Assembly: GCA_051362555.1 (NCBI GenBank)
Contig: CM120640.1
Location: 69,790,788 to 69,854,787, forward strand
DNA from: Lingula anatina
Taxonomy: Eukaryota > Animalia > Brachiopoda
Direction of reading: 5' to 3'
Length of the DNA stretch: 64,000 nucleotides
Within the stretch, counting starts at the first letter, position 1. Each line of letters begins with the position of its first letter. Shown here piece after piece: positions 37,965 through 49,800 of the stretch. A program made the translations under genes and the position numbers. Under the pieces are notes generated by a model. That model had not been told where the DNA came from and did no database searches. It saw only the letters and a list, made by a program, of their open reading frames with translations.

Positions 37965-40900
37965 TTGTTATGTTTTCCTTTTTAATTTTTTCTCAAACAC
38001 TGGCATTTGTGACTTTTAACTCTCATCTTCCTGAGGCTCTGCACATTTTCTATATTTCCACATAAGCAGTTGTATTGTTTTTCATGTCTTTAAACATTAT
38101 TTAATATTATTTTATGCACTGTCATCATTTTTCAAATATTGAGACTTTCATCATGAGAATTTGAACTCTCATGGTCCTGAAACTGTAATCTTACTGAAGG
38201 GGTGGATTGAGACCATCTTCTGGGTCTTCCGGAAGATGGTCAGGTTATTAAGTTTATATTGACTGGTATCTATTTTTTTTCTGTTGGAAGACCATAAAAA
38301 TGGAGGATCAACATAGATACTTTGGAATACTGTCAGAAAATATCTCTGGGTTCGCTCCTGTTATTGACCATGGTACCTGTTGTGCATGATTAAAATTCAG
38401 TGTTGACTGACAGTGCTATTATAAGCATTATTTATTATTGCATCAAAATTGACAAAATGACCTATTTTGCATCTTTATTTTCTGTTTTTTGTCTGTACAT
38501 TTGACAGCTTTGCTGCCTTGTTTACATATATCAGAATAATCAATTTACTGTCATTTTTAAATGATCAACTAAGAAAGTTGTTGACATAGGAAGAATATCA
38601 ATAGAACAATTTTAAATGTCCAATTTGTTCCATTCTGAGATTCTGAACATGGTGAATGATTGAATCTGACAAACTGTAAAGATATGAGTTTATTTCCATT
38701 TTTGACACTTTATTACACAATGCACAATAACAGGTTTACCATCATTTTTATATAATCAACTAACAATATTGTTAAGATGCAGAAAATGTCAAAAGAACAC
38801 CTTTACATTAGTAATTAGTTCACAAATGAGATTGTTAACATGCCTAAGAATTAAATCCGAGGAAAAAAGACTTCTATACAAAAAAAGGCACAATTTCACC
38901 AAAACTGAACCGATCAAGCTTATTTTCGAACCTCATCTGTATTTTAGTAAATCTGATCACCCCTGTGAATTTCAAGACGATTGGCTGATTGATTTTCCTT
39001 GAAATGTGTTATCAGTGTTGCACATATGCTGAAATAGTGAAAAAACAGCATAACTTCCATAAAAATGGCCTGCGTATTATGAACATTCATCATTTCAGTA
39101 ACTTATAAGCCAAAAAGTAAAACGATTTTTCGCTTATCGTGTTATCGGTGTTGCATTTATGCTGAAAAAAATGAAAAAAATAGCATAACTTCCACAAATA
39201 TGGCCCGATCATGCTGATTTTCGAACTTGACCTGCGTATTAAGAATATTCATTAGTTCTGTAAGTTTCAATCCAAAAGGTAAAACGGTTTTTCACTTATC
39301 GTGTTATCGGTGTTGCATTTATGCTGAAAAAAATGAAAAAATAGCATAACTTCCACAAATATGGCCCGATCATGCTGATTTTCAAATTTGACCTGCGTAT
39401 TATAGATATTCATCAGTTTTGTAAGTTTCAAGCCAAAAATTAAAATGGTTTTCCACTTATCGTGTTATCGGTGCTGCATATATGCTGAAAAATGTGAAAA
39501 GTGACCTACAAGTGACCTGATCATGCTGATTTTCGAACTTGACCTGCGTATTATAAATATTTATCAATTCTGTAAGTTTCAAGCTGAAATGAAAAACAGT
39601 TTTCCACTTATCGTGTTATCGGTAAAAGTGCACGGCGACGACGGCGACGACAGACGCAGGTGATGGCTATATGTACAGACACATCTGTGTCTGTACATAA
39701 AAATAACTAAAAAATAAATGTACAAAGACAACAACAAAGTAAAGTTAACAGAACTACATGTATTTTGTCTAAAACTGAAGGCAAATTACGGTAACACAGT
39801 TGTGATGATATTAAGAATGCTCTATAAAACTTAACGGTAATTACAGTAATAAAAGTAAGCAATTTAAAGAACGTTTTTTTGTACTAAAGCTTAAGTGCAA
39901 TACCATTTCACAATACAACGTATATCTATCTGTTCTAAATTTAAGAGCATTTACAGTACTAGTTAAACAAATGTAAATTCTTACAAGAAGTGGTGTCACC
40001 GGCTAAAACGTGCGAAGCAGTACTGAAAACGTGCTACAGATTCACAATGACCTGAAAACAGGAACCAACAATAAGTTCGCTGACACACTAAACCCTAAAC
40101 GATATCACTTGCATCACGATGCTAATACAGTAAGTTTGCGCTAAGCTAAATAGCCATTCTACGATCGAATATAGCTTTTACAGAGGGTTTATACAATGCA
40201 ATTCACCAGGTAAATCATAGTGACACATTGCGGAAACGAAAACAAACAGGAAATCACCCTAAGTAAATCTGTATCATTACAAGATACTGAACGCTAACAA
40301 AGATCGTCGCGGCAGCAATTTAAGGTATATTTACGAACTAAATCTTATAACTAAATATTAAAACAACCTTAAAACTCACTATAAACTCACTCTAACTTAT
40401 CAACAAAATAAAATGCTTACTTTAACTCCTACGGTTGACGGGAGTTGCGTCTTCCTACTGTAGAACTAGAACGGCGTGTATCTTCTGAGTATGGTGTGAG
40501 TGAATGAAGAACGTTCTAAGTGTAACTAACTAATATCGGGGTTTCTGGCCAATAATATCCAGCCAACACCCCTCACCAGATCGATCACGCCACTTATCCC
40601 CGTAAGATGGGGGTTACTGACCAATGGGGTCCGGCCGACACCCCTCACCAGATTGAACACGCCACTACCCGTCAAACAATAAGCTAACCCCAATACAGTG
40701 AGAGCGCTAGGAGGCTAGCGAAGTGAAAGGGCAACAAATTTACGGAGAGGGGTCTACAAATCTATACATAGTGTATTTAACATTCTCCTGGAAATAATCA
40801 TGAAGCTATTAAATAATATAAAAGAAATTAAAAAGTAGTTTCAACACAGTTATGGAGTTTATTGTTGAAGTTTTCATATTTCACATATTGGCATTTTTAA

Positions 40901-41149
40901 TGTGTAATTTTGAAATCTAATTGGCCCTAAACCCAATATTATTTACATTTTCTGAATGCCATTGTTACCTGTAGCACATTTTTAAAAATTGGTGGTGATT
41001 ATGCTGTTAATTATTTTGTAATATTGCATCAAAATTGACAAAAAATATATAACATGTATTTTTGGAAGCTTTGCTATCTTGTGTGGTACATTATTTGAAA
41101 TATGACAGGAAAGCGCATATTGTTCAGTTTCATAGCATTTTAAAACATG

Positions 41150-43120
41150 TCATTTTTCCAAGTATTGGAATACTTTCACTTTCCCATTATCTTGAGCCAC
41201 AATCAGATCTCCGTCCTGGTTGATGGTACATGCCCATGGTTCATATAGTCCATGATCAGCTTTGGTTGCTATGTACTGGATGAACTTCCCATCTGGGGAT
41301 ACAAGGTGTATGCAGTGGTTATCACAGTCTGTGGCCATTATGTTGTCATATGCATCAACACAGACACCACCTGGTCGACCTAACTTGTTATCAGGTCCTG
41401 TGTACTGATACAGTGGGTCACCAGATGGATTTAGGATGTGAAGTTTCTTTTGTGATATTTCACTGACAATAAGGCAGTCATTGCTCATATATGCCACTTT
41501 ATATGGTATATCGAACAACTGCTTCCCATCTTTGTTCTTTATCACATCAGTTAAAGTTATTTTCCCTTTAATATCAATACTGAACACACTCACAGACTTT
41601 TCTTTATAACCCTGTGCCACAGCAATCTTCGTGCAGCTGTTATTGAGAGCAACACCACATGGGAAGTTGACATCTACAGTTTGCTGCACTTCCCTCTGTG
41701 GTGACAGGATGAACAGTTTGTTATTGTTGGCACCAGATAGAACCATCCTTCCATCAGGGAAGTGACAGATCGCTGCTGGCCATTCCAACTGTGTGTCTGA
41801 GACACTTGTGATCTCTTGCTTTGAAGTCCCATCTGAACTAAAAACCTTGACCTTGTTATTATTGTCATGTGCAGTAACATACTCCATGTTTGGACTCACT
41901 GTAATGCCCACCGGTTTCGAACAGCCAGTGTCAAACTCCAGCATACATTCAGCTTGTGGTTTGATCTTGGGCAAAGCTGGCTGTCTCGATATCTGCACAT
42001 TCCCCAGGCCAGCCCCACTGGATATCTCTTGGTCCACTTCTGTGTTGGTGGTGAGTGTGAGTTTTAGTTCCTCTGGAACAACATCCACAGCTGAACTGGA
42101 CTGTAGCTCATCTAGTCTCTGTCCAAGTTGATGTTGTAACATGAGGACATCTATTAGAGCACCCCGCTGAAGGATGTTCTTTACTACATCTGTTGTAGTG
42201 TTGATAGAGGAGCAAGTGGCACTGCAGTTTTTGCGGGAAATTTGTAAATTATTTCTGTGAGTGCTGGTGGTTTGATGAAGCTCCTGTAGTAAGGTATTCT
42301 CTCGTTGATCTACCAGTTGACGTAGATGAGCTGCACGAGCTTTGATCTTCTGCTGAACAAAGCTTTCATTTTCTTGGAGAGTTGCCAATATTTCATCAAT
42401 TTTAGCTATTGTTTTCTCTCCCTTTTCAATTTTTTTCTCCATGCCACAGTATTTGGTCAGAAGTTGTGGCTTTACCATTTCTGCAGCTTTTTCAAGAGAG
42501 ATAAGTTTGTGGCCATCATGGTGTAGATCTTTGCAGTCACGACAAATGGGGACATTGCAGTCTGAACAAAAGTATCGTATCATCTCACCTTTGTGCTCTG
42601 GGCAGATAATTTTCTGCTGCTCTTTGATCTCTCTTTGGTGCTCACTGCTGTGAAGTTGTTGAAAAGTCAGCACCTTGTGGTCTTTAGTGAACTTGGTACC
42701 ACAGTGAAATGGAGAACACCTCTCACATAGGTAGTCATGGCATGTGATGCATTTTGAAGTAGCCACTGTTTCTGTTTGGGACACCAAAGCACAAGAGCTG
42801 CACTTTTTTTTATGTGTTGACTGAAGTATAGTGTCTTGTAAGCTTTCAATAAAGAAATTGTGAGTAAGGCCCTCAAGTCCATCTTTAGGAACTTCAGTTT
42901 CTTTCTGACACACGGGACATCGTAATTTACTTCCTGGTGTTAAATCAGAAATATAAGTCTTCAGACAACCCTTACAAAATGTATGCCTACATGGTAAATC
43001 TGTTGGGTCCTTATACTCCTCAAGGCACAAAGAACAGCTCACAAAGTAGTTAACTATTTCATTTCTTAAACTTTCTGCTTGCGGACTTTCAGTTACATCT
43101 TTAGAGTTTGCGGTCGCCAT
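41150..43120 (-). CDS. TRIM-NHL E3 ubiquitin ligase copy 2 (TRIM2/3/56-like architecture), 656 aa, single coding exon
   Basis: C3HC4 [21 protein letters not shown]; B-box1 [17 protein letters not shown]; B-box2 CPEH..FCSDC..ICRDC..HHDGH; coiled coil; NHL repeats (PVGITVSP, PAAICHFPDG, PCGVALN, PYKVAY, PGGVCVD, PWACTIN). Confidence 0.92.
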   Translation of the reverse strand: MATANSKDVTESPQAESLRNEIVNYFVSCSLCLEEYKDPTDLPCRHTFCKGCLKTYISDLTPGSKLRCPVCQKETEVPKDGLEGLTHNFFIESLQDTILQSTHKKKCSSCALVSQTETVATSKCITCHDYLCERCSPFHCGTKFTKDHKVLTFQQLHSSEHQREIKEQQKIICPEHKGEMIRYFCSDCNVPICRDCKDLHHDGHKLISLEKAAEMVKPQLLTKYCGMEKKIEKGEKTIAKIDEILATLQENESFVQQKIKARAAHLRQLVDQRENTLLQELHQTTSTHRNNLQISRKNCSATCSSINTTTDVVKNILQRGALIDVLMLQHQLGQRLDELQSSSAVDVVPEELKLTLTTNTEVDQEISSGAGLGNVQISRQPALPKIKPQAECMLEFDTGCSKPVGITVSPNMEYVTAHDNNNKVKVFSSDGTSKQEITSVSDTQLEWPAAICHFPDGRMVLSGANNNKLFILSPQREVQQTVDVNFPCGVALNNSCTKIAVAQGYKEKSVSVFSIDIKGKITLTDVIKNKDGKQLFDIPYKVAYMSNDCLIVSEISQKKLHILNPSGDPLYQYTGPDNKLGRPGGVCVDAYDNIMATDCDNHCIHLVSPDGKFIQYIATKADHGLYEPWACTINQDGDLIVAQDNGKVKVFQYLEK

Positions 43121-44749
43121 TTTCCTTTTTGATTGTTTCCAGGGTGCTCAGTATTTGTTTCAAAGTTGTCATGCGCAGATGTCTCTTAGTTCACCTGATT
43201 TAACCTAGTTCTTTTCTATAAGCCACCTGTATAGGAATTTGGGTCAGCCTTCTGACCTTTACTGTGTTCAAGTTATTGATTTTATATTAAAACTGCTACT
43301 GGGCATAATAGGAATTTGTATTTATTATGAAAATATTTTGTCAAGTTTTTTTTCCTGTGAGTGAAGGAGCTTTAGTATGAGGTTCTGGTTAAACTACAGG
43401 TGTTGTTTATATTCTTATGTTGGAAGCAGTCAGGGGGTGGGTGTGTAGTAAGAGAAGTCAGCTGTGATATATTGTGTAAATCTACAGATAGTGTGGAGGT
43501 ATATGGTGTATGTATATTGATTTTATAAAAAGGATTTCAAAATATTGAAGGAAACAACCAGATTTCAAACACACATACAAACATTTCAAAGAGAATAAGG
43601 AAATAAAGTGGTATTTTATAAACAGTTACTTTCATATAATATTTTCAGTCATATCCTCTTACAATTTATCTGAACATTCTTGAGAAAGAGAGAGAGAGAG
43701 AGATTTGCTCTCTAAGGTTACTTCTCATTTAGGGCAAAATTATATTTTTAAAATCTGTGGTTGTCTATATATGATGCAGATACTATTCAGTATGAGATTT
43801 TGTATAATTTACAAAATTATTTCCTAATATGATAACTCAAGGCATTGTATCAATTCAAGATTCACTGGCTTATGACTGCAGTGTAAAATCATTGTTAAGT
43901 TAAAAACGTGATTACTTACTACTCAGTCTAAGAATAATATACTTTCAGCATCAGGTATTTGGAGCAGCAGAAGTTATTTTGATATCAGAAGTGGTTGCAG
44001 TTAAAGATGCCACTTTAATATTTTAAGTGCAATCACTACACTTTCATTTCAGTATTTAAAGTTTATATTTTTTGGTATGTGTACAAGAATGTGTTTAGTT
44101 TTTTCACCAGTGAAGATGTTTGGCCCTGGAGTAGGTATAGTAAGTTCAGATTGATGGATACAGTGAGAGCTGTAGCTAGAGTACGTAAATGTCTTGCAGT
44201 GAAGACACGTGTGGTGGAGCTTGTTATATGTCTTATGAAGTCTCCACTTGGGCTGCAAATACATCTCACACCATCTCTAGGTGTGCTGTCATGGATGTCT
44301 TTTAGTTTGCCTGAAATGATTGATAAATCTGAAATTTCAGATATCAAATGATCTTACATGGTCTTAATCATTATAGAAATGGTTTTAACATGGACTGAAT
44401 CTGCTTTTAAGATAAAAAATTATCTTACACTGGCTGAGAAAGACTATAGTTGGACTGACTTCTAGTTAAGTGGTCAAGCAATTATATTTCTCCCCTCATA
44501 TATTTCCTGAAGCCCTAGTTACATATAATGAATGCCTATGTTACCAGTGAAGCATTATGAAAATTGCATCAAAATTCACCCCCCCCCCCCCCCAAAAAAA
44601 AAAAAAAAAAAAAAAAAAAAACACTGTTCAATGGCATCATTATTTTCTGCATTGTGTCTGTACATTTGACAGCTTTGCTGCTTTGTTTTGAGTTTCCTTT
44701 GGATAATTCTCACATAAACCATCTGTTTTAATTTCTTATCCCTATTCAG

Positions 44750-46662
44750 GCTCCTCAGGACAGAAGTTTCAGCACTCACACCAGTGATGACGAGGTGTTT
44801 GCCCCTCCCCCTACAGAACTGCACCCCCTTACTCTCCTAAGTCTGCCAGGAGAGAGCAGACACCTGCCAGCATGCTGGGGAACAGGTCAGGCAGGGATCT
44901 GGTGCCAAGGGACACCAACTCCAACTCTCCACAGGTGGGATCAGGAGATGGCAGTGGGGTTATCAGCAACAACAAACGTGGTGGGGGTGGGGTGTATCCT
45001 CCAAAGTACGGTCCCAGGCCGGACCACAAGCCCAGGATATACAAACCTGCAGGAGATGGTCAAGAGAGTGACCACCGGTCAAGGCAGGTGATCAGATTGA
45101 ATGGCCCACCCCCACAGACACTGCCTCACAAGATAGACATGTCCAATCTCAGCAGGACAGGCCTGGTAGGGGGTGGCCACCACCAGCAGCATAAGATGGA
45201 CTCTCTCAATCTGAATTACAGGTCCAGGCCTGAGATGAGTGATCCTTTGTCTGCTTCACCACAGAGGCCTGGTGCTGGGGCAGCTTATCCACCACATGTA
45301 CAGCAGAGACTAGGGGGGAATAGGGGGGAACAGAGGCCTCTGGGAAGTACTAGTTCTGATGGCTCGGACAAAGATAGGACTAGAAGGTTTGCTGATGCTG
45401 ATGGTGGCATGGCAACAAATAATTTCCAGTCTTCCTCACCACTGAATAGACATAGTACTGAAGTGAGGCCTGGCTTGGCTTACGGTCCACCACCACCATC
45501 ATCATCAAATACTATGCATAATGACTCCTCGGCTAACATGCACAGGGTTAGTGTCTTGAACAGAGCCAGTCAGAACATGATGGACAGACCATCACCAAAT
45601 GTACACAACATGAGACTCTCTCCACACCACGACTCCCTCCCACATTCCACGGGACCTCCTTATGAACATGATCACCAGAGGGAGCTGGGGTACGACTCTC
45701 AGAGCAATCAGAGCTCAGACTTAAGTGCAAAGAACACGTCTCTGGATCATACCAGTGAGAGTGAGCCCCCTCCCCCAGAGAGTCACCATGAGATTAGGAA
45801 CTATGAAGATGTGGCCAGGTTTAAGCAACAGCAGCAGCCAGACCCTCTGTCACAAGTGTCCAGTTCTACGGACAGTGGCTATGGACACGGACATCACATT
45901 TATGAGAAGGTTAATGATCTGAGAATGGGAGGTGAGTTGTTACATTTTGGATCTGAAAATTGCTTTTAAGTACATTGTAGCATTGTAACTTACCTTTTAT
46001 GTATATTAACACAGGTACAGAGAGAGGATCAGAGTGTCTTTGAGGTTTACGAAAAAAAAAACTCTCTTTAATCATTTAGTCTTAAAAACAACTTAAGGCA
46101 GAGCAACAATTAAGTTTGACATTTAAAAGAGAATGTTCCTGTCATCTTCCAGGTTACCCTCCTAGTCACCTGCCTCCCCCCATGAGAGCCCCGCCCTCCC
46201 CTCCAGGCCACCCCCAGCCCAGCCCCCTTACTGTCCACCCCCAGCCCAGCCCCCTTACCATCCACTCCCATCCAACAGAACACAATCAGCTCCACAGGAA
46301 CCCTCCAGATATCACCAGCCCTGTGGATGGACCTTATAATGGAATGGACCAAAATTACCCCACAAGGGGATAGATTTACCCTGGTGGTCAGTATGACCCT
46401 AGGATGACCAATAACCTCAGGGACTTCAAGCCGGCCAGATCTTCCCCAGTAGCTCCTCTAATAAGAGACCATCAGCCTCCTTTGCCGCCCCAGCAAGGTG
46501 CCAGCAGGGGGAATCCGTACCCTGGTCCACCTAAGGAGCCAATCTACCTGTATGTGTCCAGGAACCAGCTGTTCAGACAGCACAATGATGTGGGGCCAGG
46601 CAGAGAGAACGGTCTTCCTGCCACAACAGAACCTGTATCTGGGGCAGAGCAAATATGAAGTG
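44750..46662 (+). pseudogene. LAP exons 17 (44750-45931) and 18 (46153-46662), unit 2, disabled
   Basis: 1-bp deletion in the C-run near 44810; CAG to TAG stop at 46371-46373; further indels near 46547 and 46620. Confidence 0.88.
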
Positions 46663-46893
46663 GTGGGTGCATGGACTGAGATAGATGGGATCCTACTGTG
46701 GTAGAATAAAAAAGATACATGAAACAGATTTTCAACGTTAATTTTTAAACACTATTAATGGATTTGATGTTATCCTGTGGAGGTGAATATTTTTTTTCTT
46801 AACTGTTATTTTTTGGTTGTAGAGATATGAACTTTGAACTATATTTTTAAATTTTATACCTCTGTATTATCCACATGTTCTGGTGTGTTTCAG

Positions 46894-49800
46894 CTTCCAG
46901 CCACTGTGTTGAAGAACCCAGGTCTAGGGTTCAGTATAGCTGGTGGGAGGGGATCCCAGGGCAATCCATACAGACCTGAAGACCAGGTGATACACACACA
47001 GTCCTTAATTACCTGACTTAACACCATGTATACTCTTAGGCACAATTTCCAAACAACCAACACCCAATAAATATTTGGAAGAAAATAGAAAAAAATTGTG
47101 TGATATTGTATGCTGTTTTAACTATGTTAAGAACTTACATAAACAGTAACCAAGATTTTCCTAGCTGATGTTGAATGCTGGTTTTGTTCTTTGTTTTCCT
47201 TTTTAAATAGGTAAATCTATCTACTACTAGTTTGACGTGCCCTGACAGCAACCATCATTTTATGTTTTATATTACTTTGATATTGATAATTGAAATTTAA
47301 AGCCAGTTATTTTCTCTTTTCTTTTTAAACAGGACATGATCTGATCACACATATCAGCTAATGCTTCATATGACTTACCTATAAACTTCATTCTGAACTA
47401 GCAATATGTGAAATACAATTTTCTTTTTCAGGGCGTTTTTGTGACCAAGGTCCAACCTGAAGGGCCAGCAGCTGCAGAACTACGACCTGGAGACAAAATT
47501 TTGGAGGTGGGTTTTTAGAACCATGCAGGCACCTGTCGTAGTGTCTTCTAGATTAACAATTCAATTCATTTCTGTACTGGTACATAGATTTATATTATAT
47601 TATATTATATTATATTATATTATATTATATTATATATTATATTATATGTTATATTAATGAGTGAAATGATAAAGTTTGTTGTGCTGCTGATGAGTTTTAG
47701 TGAAATAAGAGTTGTTTTATTGTACCACCAGCGTTGGGCTTTGTCGGTATTGGGGTCTGGGTGTGGCACTCATTGCAATGCACCCTTGTCTAAAAATGGC
47801 AAAATTAAATGCTTATTATCTACCCTACGGAAGGAGTTATGGGAAAAATTTCTATAGACAGCTTTCCAAAAGTCATATGTGTAGATTTCAAATATACCCT
47901 TGGATTTGACCTTTGACCTTTACTTCAAGGTCAAATGGGCCAAAATTTTCAAAAAAATGAAATTTTTTTACGAAAAAATTTTTTTTGGCCCTGTTATTCA
48001 GACACCACACAGACTTAACCAATAATATTATTGGAAAGTGTTACCCTTCAGGTCATCTTTCATCTCCATGAATTTGGGGTCAATCGGTGCATTTTCACGG
48101 GAGTAGCGGCCATAAGATACCGAAACTGAAAACTGTCTCTAATTGGGGAACCGTTAATGCTAGAGACCCATTCTTTTTTGCATTTTGTAGAGCATGTTAA
48201 GCCCAACACTGAAGGTGGTCTCAGTTTTTTGTATTCCATACGGTTTTCGAGTTACGCTGTATCAAAAAGTACATATTGGTGGTAAAGGCAAAATGTGCAG
48301 TACGGTAATGGATAATAAATTTTGAACTCTGGAAAAATAAAACATAAGGCTTGGCAAAGCAGACAACTTGTGTTCAAAAATGACATTATTTCATCAAATT
48401 TGAACTTCTGAAACTTAAGAGCACCTCCTATTTCAAGAATTTTGACCAAAATGACATTTTCTTTATTTTAATTAATTTTTTCTGTACGAAATTTAAGGCA
48501 CATTATGGTAACTCCAAAATTATAACATTAACTCCCTTATATCTCCAAAACTGGCTGAGATAGGTCCATAGTTACTGTTGAAGTTGAATAGGAAGTCATA
48601 TACTGGCAATCTAAATGTGACCTTGAAATTGACCTTTGACCTACTTTTCACCATGAACTGCACTTTGCAAATTTTGCTTCCCTTTTATCTCCAAAACTGG
48701 CAGAGATAGGTCCATAGTTACTATAAAACTTGAATAGAAAGTCATATACTGGCAATCTAAATGTGACCTTGAAATTGACCTTTGACCTACTTTTCACCAT
48801 GAACTGAACTTTGCAAATTTTGCTTCCCTTTTATCTCCAAAACTGGCTGAGATAGGTCCATAGTTACTATAAAACTTGAATAGAAAGTCATATACTGGCA
48901 ATCTAAATGTGACCTTGAAATTGACCTTTGACCTACTTTTCACCATGAACTGAACTTTGCAAATTTTGCTTCCCTTTTATCTCCAAAACTGGCAGAGATA
49001 AGACCATAGTTACTATAAAACTTGAATAGGAAGTCATATACTGGCAATCTTAATGTGATCTTAAAATTAATCTTTGACCTACTTTTCACCATGAATTGAA
49101 CTTTGCAAATTTTGCTTTCCTTTTATCTCCAGAACTGGCAGAGATAGGTCCATAGTTACTATTGAACTTGAATAGGAAGTCATATACTGGCAATCTATAT
49201 GTGACCTTAAAATTGACCTTTGACCTACTTTTCACCATTAACTGAACTTTGGAAATTTTTCTTCCCTTTTATCTCCAAAACTGGCAGAGATAAGTCCATA
49301 GGTACTATTGAACTTGAATAGGAAGTCATATACTGGCAATTTAAATGTAACCTTAAAATTGACCTTTGACCTACTTTACACCATGAACTGAATTTTGCAA
49401 ATTTCGCTCCTTTTATCTCCAAAACTGGCAGAGATAGGTCCGTAGTTACTATTGAACTTGAATAGGAAGTCATATACTGAAAAATCTAAATGTGACCTTA
49501 AAATTGACCTTTGACCTACTTTTCACCATGAACTGAACTTTGCAAATTTTGCTTCCCTTTTATCTCCAAAACTGGCAGAGATAGGTCCATAGTTACTATT
49601 GAACTTGAATAGGAAGTCATATACTGGCAATTATAATGTGATCTTAAAATTAATCTTTGACCTACTTTTCACCATGAATTGAACTTTGCAAATTTTGCTT
49701 TCCTTTTATCTCCAAAACTGGCAGAGATAGGTCCGTAGTTACTATTGAACTTAATAGGAAGTCATATACTGGCAATCTATATGTGACCTTAAAATTGACC

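Larger units (their letters stand above)
32446..38522 (+). mobile_element. HINE-A, middle nested copy (32446-33293 + 35968-38522)
   Basis: 5' hairpin at 32448; 3' end ..ctgtacatttgacagctttgctgccttgtt at 38522; interrupted at ttattatta|aaa.tgatggtcattatg. Confidence 0.75.
30782..39701 (-). mobile_element. HINE-A, outer nested copy (30782-32445 + 38523-39701)
   Basis: Reverse-complement 3' end aacaaggcagcaaagctgtcaaatgtacagaca at 30782 and 5' hairpin at about 39671-39700; sequence resumes in register after the inner copy. Confidence 0.75.
30692..40848 (-). mobile_element. Solo LTR (about 1.24 kb: 30692-30781 + 39702-40848), possibly BEL/Pao type, split by nested HINEs
   Basis: TGT...ACA termini, 5-bp TSD gttat (30687-30691 / 40849-40853), empty site in unit 1 (gaagttatgcag, about 18363); ATTAAA near the minus-strand 3' end. 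Confidence 0.7.

Noticed and set aside
32237-39002. Short ORFs within the HINE-A copies as transposase or RepHel
   Set aside because: No recognisable motifs, frames not preserved among copies; elements appear non-coding
41674-42882. Short plus-strand and off-frame ORFs overlapping the TRIM genes (also 19838-20403 and 59282-60832)
   Set aside because: Shadow ORFs of the TRIM coding sequence; they recur only because the TRIM is duplicated
44872-45969. 365-aa ORF (and 61929..62969) as stand-alone genes
   Set aside because: Internal pieces of duplicated exon 17 downstream of frameshifts, followed by a stop-containing exon or a MITE
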